Numbered from the stretch's first letter, positions 32,348-44,508 are shown. The stretch: 64,000 nucleotides of DNA from an uncultured Actinomycetota bacterium (GCA_963750885.1 CAVVSN010000024.1:294542-358541), one strand, 5' to 3'. Program-made: numbers and translations. The notes: generated by a model not told the origin, from the sequence alone.

Positions 32348-33567
32348 CTAAATAACCTCTTTGGCCGCGATCATCCGGTTGCGATAAACCTGGTTCAGAA
32401 ACAGCCCGACCGCAGTCGACATCGCGCCGGTTCGCGCGCCGTCGGTCAGGTCGAAACCGTGTCCGGCGCCGGGCAACTCCACATAGCCGACCAGCGAACG
32501 GGAGACCGCCCGCAGTCGCTCGACGAAGCTGCGCGCCTGCGCGACTGGGATCACCTTGTCGCTGCTGCCGTGAATCACCAAAAACGGTGGGGCGTCGGCA
32601 TGTATCCGGGCAATCGGCGAGGCATCGCGGAACACCTCGGGATGCCGACTTATTCTGCGTTTGACCACCACCCGCTCGAGGAAGTCGACGAACTGTTGCC
32701 GCTCGGGGGTCGAGCGGTCCTCCCAGTCGTAGCGGCCGTAGATGCCGACCACCGCATCGACGGAGGTATCCGAGTCCGGCGGTAGCTCGGTCTGCATGTC
32801 GGGGTCGTTAGCGGTCAGTCCCGCCAGCGATGCCAGGTGCCCGCCGGCTGAACAACCAGCTACCGCAATGAAATTGCGGTCACCACCGAACTTGTCGACG
32901 TTGGCGCGGGCCCATGCGATCGCGGTCTTGACGTCGGTGATGTGCGACGGCCAGCGGTGGTGTGGCGACACCCGGTACTCGGCTGACAGGCACACCCAAC
33001 CCATCTCGGCCAGGTGCGACATCAGCGCGTAGCCCTGGAGTTGCCGGCCACCGTGCACCCAGGCGCCGCCGGGCACGAAGATCAACACGGGGGCCGGGCG
33101 AACCGGCAGGTCCTTGCGACGCCACACGTCCAATAGTTGCGATGGCTCCTTGCCATACCGCACCGACGTCCGGTGCAGGTGGCGGCGATGCTGCCGCGCC
33201 CGCCAGAAAGGCGGAGTCCGGTCGGGCGCCGGCCACGCGATGTCCAGGTCGTTGGTCGCTACCAAGCCGCGCAGCGCGGCTTCGGTGACCGCCTGGGTTT
33301 GATCCCGCTCGGCCTTGCGTGTCTCGCCGATGCCGGGTGTGCGCCACGACTTGGCCGACGCCGACATGAACTCGGGCGCCAACCGGGCGCCCCAGATGCC
33401 CATCGCGGTGATACCGCCGAGCGGTTCCAGATGTCGGCCGACACTGGTAGCGAAGCCATCGCATCGCTGGCTGCCAGCATGTAGTCACCCGGGCGGGCCC
33501 GCAGCAACCATTTGATGTGCGACGCCACGGAGCGCCCAGCGGGGCGCGGCGCCGGTCGTACGGTCAT
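32348..33567 (-). CDS. lipC: Esterase LipC (Rv0220 ortholog), indel near 33430
   Basis: VPGGAW, GCSAGGHL, HGSSDKVIP, GAGHGFD; synteny. Confidence 0.85.
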
Positions 33568-33726
33568 CGGGGCAGCGTACCCCGCGGTATGGCGGTCCAA
33601 CCGGAATCCCGCCCAGTTCGTCGCCGATCGCGGTAGCCGCACCTAATGACGCGGAATCGGCGTACCGTCAGAGGTGTCGGGCGGCTCGGTGACGAGCGGA
33701 AATGCCCGATCGAAAAGGAAAAACTG

Positions 33727-33885
33727 ATGGCTTCACTGACCACGTCTCGTTCACCGTATGTTCTTCGCCTGGAACTGGTTAGGGACACCCTGATGTCCCA
33801 TTCCAAGCTCAAAGACAAGGAAGCCAGCGAATTGGCGGAACACGTTCTGCAAGCGCTGAATTCAATTCCTGAAAAGATTCGCTGA
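33727..33885 (+). CDS. Small protein, DUF6307-like
   Basis: SD AAGGA; MASLTTSRSPY...HVLQALNSIPEKIR. Confidence 0.7.
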   Translation: MASLTTSRSPYVLRLELVRDTLMSHSKLKDKEASELAEHVLQALNSIPEKIR

Positions 33886-34432
33886 GCCGAACTGCGGCGC
33901 TTCCGCATTCGTCACCACACGGCCTTCCGGTTCGTGTGCCCCTCTGACTAAGTGATCCGTCGAAGAAGGGCGCATCACCGACGATCGTTGTGGGCATTTC
34001 CTGCGCAATCGGAGGTTCGGATCATGACGGTTACCGTGACGCCCGGGTGCGCGGACCGACGTAGCGGGTGACGAAGAGCAGTTGAAGCGCAACCGATCCG
34101 CGGCTGGTTCGGCGCCGACACAGCTTGACCCTTCAGGGCACATCGGCACTGATCGTTTCGCTAAAGAACACCTCCCGGCCGCGGGCCTGGTGGGTGTAAC
34201 ATCGCTGGTGCTGATACTTCCAGCCGTTACGGAATGGATCGGGCCGCTTTGCCGCCGGACTCAATGAGCATCCGCTCGCGCCGCACATACTGAACCACTC
34301 GATTGCGCCAATAGCGTGTCGCTGCCGCAAATACCTTGCCGCGCACAGCAAGACGTCCCGCACTGATATCACCTCTTCCCAGCATCAGGTGCTGTCGACG
34401 CCCGCCGCCATTACTGATCCGCCGATAGACTC

Positions 34433-34466
34433 CCCGGCTCGGCCAGCGACAAGCGGCCGAGCCGGG
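34433..34466 (+). terminator. 12-bp GC hairpin in the desaturase leader (attenuator or terminator candidate)
   Basis: CCCGGCTCGGCC, 10-nt loop, GGCCGAGCCGGG; 68 nt upstream of the desaturase ATG. Confidence 0.45.
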
Positions 34467-34534
34467 TGTCGGCCTTTCATGCCGGCGATCTAACGCCGGC
34501 AACGCAGACATACCAACGCAGAAGGAGGGCGACC

Positions 34535-35830
34535 ATGGCGATTACCGACGTGCCGGCCTTCGCTCATTTGACTGATGCCGACATCGACAACCTGGCCGTT
34601 GAACTGGACCGATCAGATTGGATTGTGGACGCGCGGCTTGGCGAGTCCGACGCGCGCTACATCCGTCGCACCATCGCCGCGCAACGGGCGTTAGAGGTCG
34701 CCGGCCGGCTGCTGCTGGGGTTCAGCACGCGTCGTTCCGCATCGTTTGCAGGCACGGTGACCCTGGGCGTGGCCAAGATCATCGAGAACATGGAAATCGG
34801 CCACAACGTCATGCATGGCCAGTGGGACTGGATGAACGACCCCGAGATCCATTCCTCGACGTGGGAGTGGGACATGAGCGGGGCATCGAAACACTGGAAA
34901 AGCCACCCATAACTTTCAGCACCACAAGTACACCAACATCCTTGGCATGGATGACGATGTCGGCTACAGCACCCTGCGAGTCACCCGTGACCAGCCGTGG
35001 AAGGGCTACAACGTCGGCAACCTGCTCTTCAACACCATCCTCGCGCTCGGCTTCGAGTGGGGAATTGGCTGCAGCCCATCGAGTTCGGAAAACTTCTCGA
35101 AGCAAGGCCCCGGCCGCGACGTAACCCTTCGGCAGATCCGCGAGTTCTCCGTCAAGGCCGGACAGGCAGCTGGTCAAGGACTACGTCGCGTTCCCTGCGC
35201 TTAACCTCGCTGTCGCCGGCGGCGACCTTCACGTCGACGCTGAAGGCCAACATCGTGGCCAACGTGATCCGCAATATCTGGACTGCCGCGGTGATCTTCT
35301 GTGGGCATTTCCCCGATGGCGCCGAGAAATTCACCACCACGGACATGATCGGCGAAAGCCGGGGTCAGTGGTACCTGCGCCAGATGTTGGGCAGTGCCAA
35401 CTTCGATGCCGGGCCGGCGTTGCGATTCATGAGTGGCAACCTGTGCTACCAAATCGAACATCACCTGTACCCCGATCTACCCAGCAATCGGCTTCACGAG
35501 GTCTCGCTGCACGTACGCGAGGTATGCCACAAGTACGACTTGCCTTACACCACAGGCTCATTCCTGACGCAGTACGCCGAGACGTGGCGCACCATCGCCA
35601 AGCTTTCGCTGCCGGACCGCTACTTGCGCGACACTGCCGACGACGCCCCGGAGACCCGCAGCGAGCGGATGTTCATCGAACTGCAGCCCGGCTTCACCGG
35701 GACCGACCCGGCGACCGGGCGGCGTCGCGGTCTCAAGACTGCCATCGCGGCGGCGCGCCAATGGCGAAACGACCAGCGCGCCGACAAGCCGCCATCGAGA
35801 CAGACCACACGTCAGGCGGCCATAACCTAG
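34535..35830 (+). CDS. Membrane acyl-CoA desaturase, DesA3-like, heavily frameshifted (possibly a real pseudogene)
   Basis: MAITDVPAFAHLT, HNVMHGQWDW, HHKYTN, QIEHHLYPDLP His boxes; SD AGGAGG. Confidence 0.82.
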
Positions 35831-35912
35831 GTTGACCAGTAGAGTCAGCCTGAAGCCAGCGGAGCGGCTGGGATATGACCAGCGTCCGACCGATAGACGG
35901 AGGCCGGTTCAG

Positions 35913-36781
35913 GTGAGCGAGATGCGTTATCTCGATCTGCACGGTGAGCGGGTTGCCTATCGGGATGAAGGCACCGGCGAGGCGTTGCTGTTGATCCATG
36001 GCATGGCGGGAAGTTCGACAACCTGGCGCGCGATCATCCCCGAGTTGGCGAAAAGATATCGAGTGGTCGCACCGGACTTGCTGGGGCACGGCGAATCAGC
36101 CAAGCCGCGCGGGGACTACTCGTTGGGTGCATTCGCGGCGTGGCTGCGTGATCTGCTCGACGAGCTGGGTATCGGCCGAGCGACGGTAATCGGTCAGTCA
36201 CTGGGTGGCGGTGTGGCCATGCAGTTCACCTATCAACATCGCGACTACTGCCAGCGTCTCGTTCTGATCAGCAGCGGCGGCCTCGGCCCCGACCTGAACT
36301 GGATATTACGAATCCTCTCGGCACCCGGGCCGAGCTCGTGCTGCCGGTGGTCGCTCCGCAGCCGGTGCTGAACCTCGGCAACAAGCTGGGATCGTGGCTC
36401 ACCTCGGCCGGAATCCAATCGCCGCGCGCGGGCGAGATGTGGAGCGCCTATTGCTCGCTGTCGGATCGGCCGACTCGCCAGGCATTCCTGCGCACGTTGC
36501 GTTCGGTGGTGGACTACCGCGGCCAGGCGGTCAGTGCGCTGGGCAAGATCCACGTCAGTCACGGCTTACCGACGTTGTTGATTTGGGGCGAGCAGGACCG
36601 GATCATTCCCGTAGCCCATGGCTACGCCGCACACGACGCGGTGCCAGGTAGTCGCCTTGAGGTCCTCCCCGGGGTCGGTCACTTTCCGCATGCTGAGTCC
36701 CCGAAGGCGGTGATCGACATCCTGGACGACTTCATCACCAGCACGGGTCCGGATGTCCGATCTGACGAGTCGAAAATCTGA
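35913..36781 (+). CDS. Alpha/beta hydrolase, indel near 36330
   Basis: LIHGMAG, PDLLGHGES, GQSLGG, WGEQD, GHFPH. Confidence 0.85.
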
Positions 36782-36883
36782 TCGGACCGCTCTCGGGAGT
36801 CTTCGTCCGGACTGCCGAGGGCAGATGCTGTCGGCCACCACGAAAAGCCATCTGGCGCAATAATTTCGCGCCATCCAAGGTGA

Positions 36884-37360
36884 CTAGCGGCGTCGGCGTC
36901 GATTATGTCGACGTATGGTTTCACGGGCGCTCACGATGAGGCCTCGCGCAGCGTAGAAGGCGCTCACCACCGCCAGCAGGATCAACACTACGAACATCGG
37001 CAGCCAGTTGGTCCTGCTATGGGACACATTCCACCAAATGACGGCGAACAGCACGATGCAGACACACAGCACCGCGTCGCGCCAATTGCCCTTATAGCCG
37101 CTGGCCTTTTGGCGTAGCGCGCGGTTGCGGTCCGTGGCAGCAATGAGGTCATCGATGCGCTCGTCGATAGTGCGCTGCAGTTCGGCCCGACGCGAGTTCT
37201 GCTCCGGCGGAATACCCTTCAGCAGGTCCTGATCCTGCTTGATGAGCTCGCGGACGTCCCCAGTCCGGAACGGGCCTTTCAATTGGCCGGCCGCCGCTGC
37301 CAACAATGCCCCACCAGCGATCGGAGCTGCGCCCAAAGCAAGTCCGGCCAGACCAGACAT
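36884..37360 (-). CDS. Hypothetical membrane protein
   Basis: Hydrophobic N-terminus, coiled coil, two C-terminal TM helices; SD AGGAG. Confidence 0.65.
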   Translation of the reverse strand: MSGLAGLALGAAPIAGGALLAAAAGQLKGPFRTGDVRELIKQDQDLLKGIPPEQNSRRAELQRTIDERIDDLIAATDRNRALRQKASGYKGNWRDAVLCVCIVLFAVIWWNVSHSRTNWLPMFVVLILLAVVSAFYAARGLIVSARETIRRHNRRRRR

Positions 37361-37481
37361 TCGCCCATCTCCTCTATTACTTCACCTGCACCGCAACCAT
37401 CAGACCACGACGTCGACCCGGACGACGTCGGTCGGGCAGTCCGGATCCTGGCGCCCGGTTGGCGTTGGTGATACTGGAATC

Positions 37482-38378
37482 ATGCCGAGCACCGAGTTCC
37501 ATCCTGACCTTCGCAAAGTCGCCCGTTTTGCGCCTCGGGCGCTGGTCGGCCCGAAGACACTGAAGCTGATCCGCCGGCTCTCACCGGTGATCCAGCGCGG
37601 CGGGACCAGCCGCGACGTCGAGGCACTCATCCTGGGCTCCGGTGTCGGGGTGCGACTGCACCGCCCGGCCGGCGTCAGCCAGCCCGGTCCGGCGCTGCTG
37701 TGGATTCACGGCGGCGGCTATGTCATCGGCACCGCGCAGCAGGACGACGAACTGTGCCGCCGGTTCGCCCGCGTGTTGGGCGTCACCGTCGCGGCGGTGG
37801 ACTACCGGCTGGCGCCCGAGCACCCCTACCCCGCGCCGCTGGAGGACTGCTACGCAGCGCTGACCTGGCTGGCTGCACTGCCCGCAGTCGACCCGGCCCG
37901 GATCGCGATCGGCGGGGCCAGTGCCGGCGGCGGGCTGGCAGCGGCCCTGGCGCTGCTGGCGCGCGACCGTGGCGAGATCACGCCGACCCTGCAGGTGCTG
38001 GCCTATCCGATGCTCGATGACCGCAGCGGCTCGACGCCGGAGAACCCGAACTACCGGCTGTGGGGACCGAAGAGTAACCGCTTCGGCTGGGCGGCCTACC
38101 TCGGCAACGCCGATCCGAAGGTCGCGGTGCCGGCCCGCCACGAGGATCTCAGCGGGCTGCCCCCGGCGTGGATCGGCGTCGGCACCCACGACCTGTTCCA
38201 CGACGAGGACGTCGCCTACGCCGCCCGGCTCACCGCGGCCGGGGTGCCGTGCCAGATCGAGACGGTCCCGGGCGCGTTCCACGGCTTCGATCTCGTGGTG
38301 CCGAAAGCGGCTGTGTCCAAAGCGTTTTTCGCCAGCCAATGCGCGAGCCTGCGATCCGCTCTGGCCGTCACGAGCTGA
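37482..38378 (+). CDS. lipW: HSL-family esterase (Rv0217c ortholog)
   Basis: HGGGY, GASAGG, HDLFHDE, HGFD; synteny. Confidence 0.85.
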   Translation: MPSTEFHPDLRKVARFAPRALVGPKTLKLIRRLSPVIQRGGTSRDVEALILGSGVGVRLHRPAGVSQPGPALLWIHGGGYVIGTAQQDDELCRRFARVLGVTVAAVDYRLAPEHPYPAPLEDCYAALTWLAALPAVDPARIAIGGASAGGGLAAALALLARDRGEITPTLQVLAYPMLDDRSGSTPENPNYRLWGPKSNRFGWAAYLGNADPKVAVPARHEDLSGLPPAWIGVGTHDLFHDEDVAYAARLTAAGVPCQIETVPGAFHGFDLVVPKAAVSKAFFASQCASLRSALAVTS

Positions 38379-39500
38379 TGGCTGCCGGCGCGCCCTTTGC
38401 GGTGAGCGAGGAACAGCGGGCGCTGCGCGGCGCGGTCGCCGACCTGATGGCCCGTCACTCCGGCGAGGCGCAGGTGCGCACTCAGATGGCGACCGATACG
38501 GGTTTCGACCCGATCGTGTGGCGTGAGCTGGCAGCCATGGGTCTGACCGGCCTGCTGATCGACGAGAAGCACGGCGGCGCCGGAGCGGGCCCGGTCGAAA
38601 TGGGCATCGCGATGGAGGAGATGGGCCGGGCGCTGCTGGTCAGCCCGTTCCTGTCGACGGCGGTGCTGGTGCCGGGCTTGCTGGCCGAAGCCGGCGATGC
38701 GGCCGAGTGCGACGCGGTGCTGCCGCGGATCGCGGCGGGTGAACTGATCGCGACCGCCGCCTTCGCCGAGGACGGCTCGGCCCGGTTGCCGGCGACGATT
38801 TCCACATCCGCCGGTCTGATCGGCGACACCTGGCACCTCACCGGCTACAAGCATTTCGTGCTCGACGGGCTGTCCGCGCAACTGTTCTACGTGCTGGCGA
38901 CGACCGACAGCGGTCCCGCGGTGTTCGCGGTCGATGCCGGTGCTCCGGTTTGGCCGTGACGCCGCTGACTACTGTCGACCCGACCCGCAAGCAATGCCGA
39001 CTGCAATTCGTCGACACCCCCGCCCGGTTGATCGGTCGACCGGGTACCGGCGTCGGGGTGTTCGACGCTGCGCTCGACCATGCGGCGTTGGCCTTGGTCA
39101 GCGAGCAGGCCGGCGGCGCGCGGCGGGCGGTCGAAATGGCCACCGAGTACGCGAAGACCCGTTATCAGTTCGGCCGGGCGATCGGCAGTTTCCAGGCCGT
39201 CAAGCACATGTGCGCCGACATGTTGCTGGAGGCCGAGTCAGCGGTGTCGGCGGCGCGCTTCGTGGCCGGCGCATTCGCCGAACAGAGCACCTCCCGCGTC
39301 GCGGATCTTGCTCTGGCACAGGCGTACTGCTCGGATGCATTCGTCTTCGTGGCGGCGACCAGCATCCAGGTACACGGCGGTATCGGTTTCACCTGGGAGC
39401 ATCCGGCGCACCTGTATCTGCGCCGAGCCCGCAGCGACGCCCAGTTGCTGGGCAGCGCGTCTGGCACCGGGAACGCTATATGCAGCAGATCGGAGCCTGA
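38378..39500 (+). CDS. Acyl-CoA dehydrogenase subunit of a probable heterotetrameric pair, frameshifted
   Basis: QFGRAIGSFQAVKH, HGGIGFTWEH; TGATG coupling to lipW. Confidence 0.82.
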
Positions 39501-39505
39501 CTGTC

Positions 39506-40669
39506 ATGACGACGACGAGGAACTGCGCGATGAGGTCCGGAAATGGTTGGCGGCCAACTGGAATCCCGATATCGATCGCGCCAGCTGGGCCCACATCGTG
39601 GTCGACGCCGGCTGGGCGACCCCCAGCTGGGAGCCGGAGTTCTACGGCCGCGGCCTTTCGGATGCCCAATCCCGGCTCGTTGCAGCGGAATTCGCTGCCG
39701 TCGGCGCGCACGGCTGCGGACATGACCGCGGCAACCTGTTCGCCTGCACGCTGCACGACGCGGGAACCGACGAGCAGAAGCAACGGCTGATTCCGCCGTC
39801 GATCCGCGGCGAGAGCAAGTGGTGTCTGCTCTACAGCGAGCCCGGCGCGGGGTCGGATCTGGCCGGCCTGCGCACTCGGGCAGAGCGCGACGGCGACGAG
39901 TGGGTGATCAACGGGCAGAAGGTGTGGACGTCGTTCGCCAAGACCGCCGACTACGGCATGTTGGTGGCCAGGACCGACTGGGATGTGCCGAAACACCAGG
40001 GCATCAGCTTCTTCATGCTGCCGATGCGATCAGCCCGGCGTCGAGATTCGGCCGATCCATCAGATCACCGGCGAATCGGAGTTCAACGAAGTCTTCATCG
40101 AGGACGCTCGCCTTCCCGCCGAGAACCTGGTTGGCGAGCTGAACGCCGGGTGGTCAGTGCTGCAGACCGCGCTCGGTTACGAGCGACGGTTCATGGCCGA
40201 CATCGCCCGCACGGCCAGGGATGCCAAGCGGCCCCAGGCCGAGAAGGCCAATCTCCTGGTCGAATTGGCGCGCGAAGCCGGCCGGCTGGACGACCCCTAC
40301 ATTCGTCAGCAGATCGCCCGCGTCGACGCGTGGGCCACCGTCAACCGGTGGAACACCCAACGCTCGAAGGCGGCCACCGATCGCGTGGAGTCGGCGACGC
40401 TGCTGGCGCTCGGAAAGATCGCGATGTCGCGGATTCTGCACGAGACAGCGCGCGTCGAAACCGAAATCGTCGGCGCAGAAGCCATGTTGACCGGCCCGGA
40501 CAATCCCGTCGGCGACGCGGTGACCTTCCGGACGTTGAACGCCTACTTCACCTCGATCGGCGGCGGCACCGACCAGATTCAGCGCAACATCGTCGGCGAA
40601 CGCGTGCTGGGCCTGCCGAAAGAGCCTGAGCCATATCGCAACACGCCGTTCCGCGACTTGCCGCACTGA
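39506..40669 (+). CDS. Acyl-CoA dehydrogenase, catalytic subunit, frameshifted
   Basis: YSEPGAGSDLAG, GQKVWTS, EFNEVF, GYER, GGGTDQIQRN. Confidence 0.83.
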
Positions 40670-40693
40670 TTCGGCCCGTGCCATCCTGACAAC

Positions 40694-41143
40694 GTGGCCG
40701 CTCGCGAAAACCCGTTCCGCGGGATTCTCGACCCGGTGGCACGCAAGCTGCATCTGCCCTTCGGCACCAGAGAGTTCATCGACAAGATCGTTCGCGGCGG
40801 CGTGGACCAGGCCGGCCGACGAACACTGCACATGCTGATCACCACCTGGGATGCCACCGGCGGCGGGCCGTTCGCCGCCAGCGCGATCGCCACAGCGGGC
40901 TTGGCCAAGACGGTTGATATCGCGCAGGGCCTGTTCATCGGCCCGGTTTTCAACCCTCTACTCAAGGCGTTGGGTGCCGACCAGGTCTCGTTCCGCGCCT
41001 CGCTGTGCGCCTCGGCGGTAGTCGGTCTGGGCATCATGCGCTACGGGGTGCGGGTCGAGCCGATTCACACGATGGACGTCGACAGCCTGGTCAACGCGAT
41101 GGCGCCCACGCTGCAGCGCTACCTCATCGGCGACATCTCCTGA
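40694..41143 (+). CDS. TetR C-terminal-domain-only protein (TetR_C_16-like)
   Basis: RASLCASAVVGLGIMRY...APTLQRYL; no N-terminal HTH. Confidence 0.65.
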   Translation: MAARENPFRGILDPVARKLHLPFGTREFIDKIVRGGVDQAGRRTLHMLITTWDATGGGPFAASAIATAGLAKTVDIAQGLFIGPVFNPLLKALGADQVSFRASLCASAVVGLGIMRYGVRVEPIHTMDVDSLVNAMAPTLQRYLIGDIS

Positions 41144-41144
41144 T

Positions 41145-42449
41145 TCAGGTTGACGGGTAGGCAATTTCGCCGCCGATGATGGTCGCCGCGACCATTCCGG
41201 CGTCCAGTTCGGCCAGCGCTGTTTCGCGGCGTCACGCTGAGCACGCACAGGTCCGCGGGTTCACCGGGTTCGACCAGACGCGGCCGGGTGGGGTGCTCCG
41301 CACTGCCCAGGAACATCGTCAAAGCCGTTCGGGCCGAGACACATTCACTGCCACCCAGTACGGCTCCGCTGGGTGTGGTGCGATGCACCGCGGCGCGCAT
41401 CGCGGCCCACGGGTCACCGTCACCGAACGGCATATCGGTGGATAGCGCCACCGGCACCCCCGCCTCGAGCAGCGACGCCACCCGCCACAGTTGATCGTGT
41501 TCGGCAGCGGGCACCTCGTCGAGGTACTGATCACCGCGCTCGACAACGAAATTGGGCTGGGTCACCACGGTCACCCCGAGGTCGGCGACGTCGGCCAGGC
41601 AATCCGGCGGAACGACGGCGGCGTGCTCGATGCGGTCGCCCGGATGACAGCCGGCTTCGCGCAGCGCCGCGATCGTCACCAGCAACTGCGCGGCGGTGAC
41701 GCAGTGGACGGCGACCGGGTGATCGTCGCGGTGCCGCTGGGTGATCCAGCCGGCCAGCTGCTCGAGGTCGAGGTCGTCGTCGTGCAGGATGCGTTTGCCC
41801 GGGGCCAGGCAGTGCACGTGCTGACGTAGTTCGCCGTGGCGGTGCAGCTCCGCAACCGCACCACGTCGGCGATGGCGAGATCCGGTGTGGCATCGGTGAT
41901 TCCGGTGACGCCGTAGCCGCTGAGCCGCTGGCTGAGATCGGCCAGGTTGGTTTCGCTGCGCCCCACGGCGTCCGCCCAGGAGTCGGTGCTGCGCAGCCTG
42001 CCGTCTGGATGATCGGCCAGGCCGACGCGTGCCAGGCCCGCCGAGTTGAGGATCCACAGCACGCCGCTGCGATGCTGAATGCGCAGCGGCGTCGTGGGGA
42101 CGCATCGGCGTCCAGTGCGTCGCGGTCCAGCGGCCCCGCGACCGAATCGTGGTATCCGACAGCGCGGATCCAGCCGTCCTCACCGGCCTCGGCGTTCGCC
42201 AGCGCGGCGGCCAGTGCGGCGCGATCGCGGACCTGCGGTGGGCCGACCCGGATCGACGTCGCCGCGGCCGCCGCGGAATGCAGGTGCACGTGGTGATCGT
42301 GCAGGCCCGGCAGCACGGTTCCGCCCGCCGCGTCCAGCACATCCTCGCCGGACTTCGGCGTCAGGGTTGTCGGCGACCTCGTCGATGCGGTCGCTCACCT
42401 GTATGTCGACGGCAGTGCCGTCGAGCGTCACCGCCCGCTGAATCAGCAT
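41145..42449 (-). CDS. Amidohydrolase-3 family metallohydrolase, several indels
   Basis: LPGLHDHHVH, AVHC, RIEHA, LSTDMPFG. Confidence 0.82.
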
Positions 42450-43522
42450 GTCGCGCCGAGTCTTCTCGGACACCAGGCGCTCGACCGCGGCGTTGTCGGC
42501 GCCCAATGGCGACGACGCGCGGCGGCGCCTCGGGTCGGGTGGCCGTTGCAGCGGCACCGGACGGCAGTGCCGCGTAGCGGGCGGCCACCTGGGCCATCGA
42601 CACGTCGATCACCTCGCCGCCACCGCGGCGCAGCGACTCCCCCACCGCGCGCGCAGCCTCCAGCCCGCTGAGCGGGTCGCGATCGCATCGCCGCAGAACA
42701 CCGGTCCGTCGGCGGCGGCACCGACCAGACCGCCGGCGACCGCGGCGTCGTCACCGAACGCCGGTCGGTCCGGCTGATCGCGATAGCCGTTGATACGCAA
42801 CCAGATTCGCCCCGGCTGGCCGGGCAGGTCATCGGCGCTGAGCCGACGACGCCGCAACGCCGCGCGGCGGGACCCCTCGATGACGATGTCGGCGACGTCG
42901 AGCAGCCGGCGCAGCGCATCCGCTTCGGTGTCGAAATCGACGGCATAGGAGAGCTTTCCGGCGTTCATCCAGTCGAAAAAGGCCGGCTCGCCGCGTCGGG
43001 TGCCGTCGGGCCGCGTCGGGCTTTCCACCTTGACGACGATGGCGCCCGCGCGGGCGAGGAGCTGGCCGCACAGCGGCCGGCCCACAGCGACGACATGTCG
43101 ACCACGAGCAACCCCTCGGCTCGTCGCGGCCGCGCACTGGCGCCACAGGGCCGGACCGCCGGCACCCCGGCCGCCGCCTCACCCAGCGCTGCGGCAGCGA
43201 TGTCGAGCAGCTGGGTGCGGGCGATCACGTCGGCAGTGGAACACGTTGCGGCCCAGCGGGACAGCACCTCCCATGGATCGCCGTTGACCGTGTCGACTTC
43301 CATCAGCGCCGGTAACGCCGCGAGGTCGTCGTCGCGCGGCAGCGCCACCGCACACCAGCCGTCAGCGGTGGGCAGCAGTCTGGTGGCGCCGCCGGCCGAG
43401 ATGCGGCCGGGCGGGCCGAGATTCATGATCGCCGCGCGGCCGGCCAGGACGGTGTCGGCGTCGACATCGACGCCGAGCAGCCCGCCGATGTCGGCGGCCA
43501 CCCGGCGGGCTTCTTCCAGCAT
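42443..43522 (-). CDS. Family III CoA-transferase-like protein, two indels
   Basis: DMSSLWAG(P), KVESPTRPDG, AFGDDAA. Confidence 0.8.
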
Positions 43523-44508
43523 CAGAACTGCAGCGCGGTGAAACGCCAGTCCAGGACTTGCCGCGGCTCGTCGGGGTCGTCGCTGAACGCGTAGACCAAC
43601 GACCGCAATCCCAGCAGCCCGCCGCCATCGGTCTGTTCGGCAGATTCGATGTGCAGTTCGCTGTAGAGGGTGTCGCCTTCATACACCGGCGCGGTGTGAT
43701 CGCAGGACTGCCAGCCCAGCACGGTCGCGATGTTGGGCAACAGCTTGCTGGCCTGCGCCAGCGCCAGCCCGATGGTGTGCCCGCCGTAGACCAGCCGCCG
43801 CCCGCCGAGGCGTGAATCATGGTGGACGCCAGCGATATTCAAGGTGAGACGGGCCAATTCCGGTGCGCTGCTGACCACGTCGGCGCTGCTGTGCAGCACC
43901 GATCCGGCTAGGCCGGGGTCGAAATGCGGCCCGGTGACCCGCTGGCGGAAGGCGTCGCCGTTCCATTCGGCGGCCGCCGATGGCGGCGGCGCCAGGTCGG
44001 CGCCGATCGTCGACAGGTCGTCGGCGTGGTTGGAGCCGTCGGGGTCGGCGCCGGCACTCAACGGCAACATCGCGCAGCGGTAGAAGTCCAGGATCAGCCG
44101 GTCGGCCTGGTCGATGGTGGTGATTCGCAGGGCCATCAGCCCGGTGGGGGCCCGGCCCGGCTTCGCCGAATTCTTCTTCAGCCCGACGATCTCGGTGCGG
44201 GTGAACAGGGTGTCGCCGATCGCCGGGAACCGGAAAAACGTCAGGCCGCGGTAGAACAGGTTGGCTTTGACGTGCTGGGTGGCCAGCGTCGACTGGCCGA
44301 TCGCGACGTCACAGACCAACCCTGGATGCGCCAGCGGCGCGGGCAGGCCGGTGACGACGGCGGACAGCTCGGAGTCCAGCGGCAGCCGCAGCCGGTCGCC
44401 CAGGATGCTCTGGTGCACCGCGGCCAGCCCGGGAGTGAGCGTCATCGACGGCGCACCGGTGAACACCTGCCCGGTGTGCACCTGGTCGAAGTACGGGCCG
44501 ACTGTCAT
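43522..44508 (-). CDS. Double-hotdog (MaoC-like) hydratase (Rv0216 ortholog)
   Basis: GPYFD, DVAIGQST, YGGHTIG, LDWRFTALQF. Confidence 0.87.
   Translation of the reverse strand: MTVGPYFDQVHTGQVFTGAPSMTLTPGLAAVHQSILGDRLRLPLDSELSAVVTGLPAPLAHPGLVCDVAIGQSTLATQHVKANLFYRGLTFFRFPAIGDTLFTRTEIVGLKKNSAKPGRAPTGLMALRITTIDQADRLILDFYRCAMLPLSAGADPDGSNHADDLSTIGADLAPPPSAAAEWNGDAFRQRVTGPHFDPGLAGSVLHSSADVVSSAPELARLTLNIAGVHHDSRLGGRRLVYGGHTIGLALAQASKLLPNIATVLGWQSCDHTAPVYEGDTLYSELHIESAEQTDGGGLLGLRSLVYAFSDDPDEPRQVLDWRFTALQF

Noticed and set aside
38950-40629. Apparent fusion of two acyl-CoA dehydrogenases
   Set aside because: The first gene's natural C-terminus (WHRERYMQQIGA*) lies in another frame ending at 39500, so the fusion is an indel artefact.
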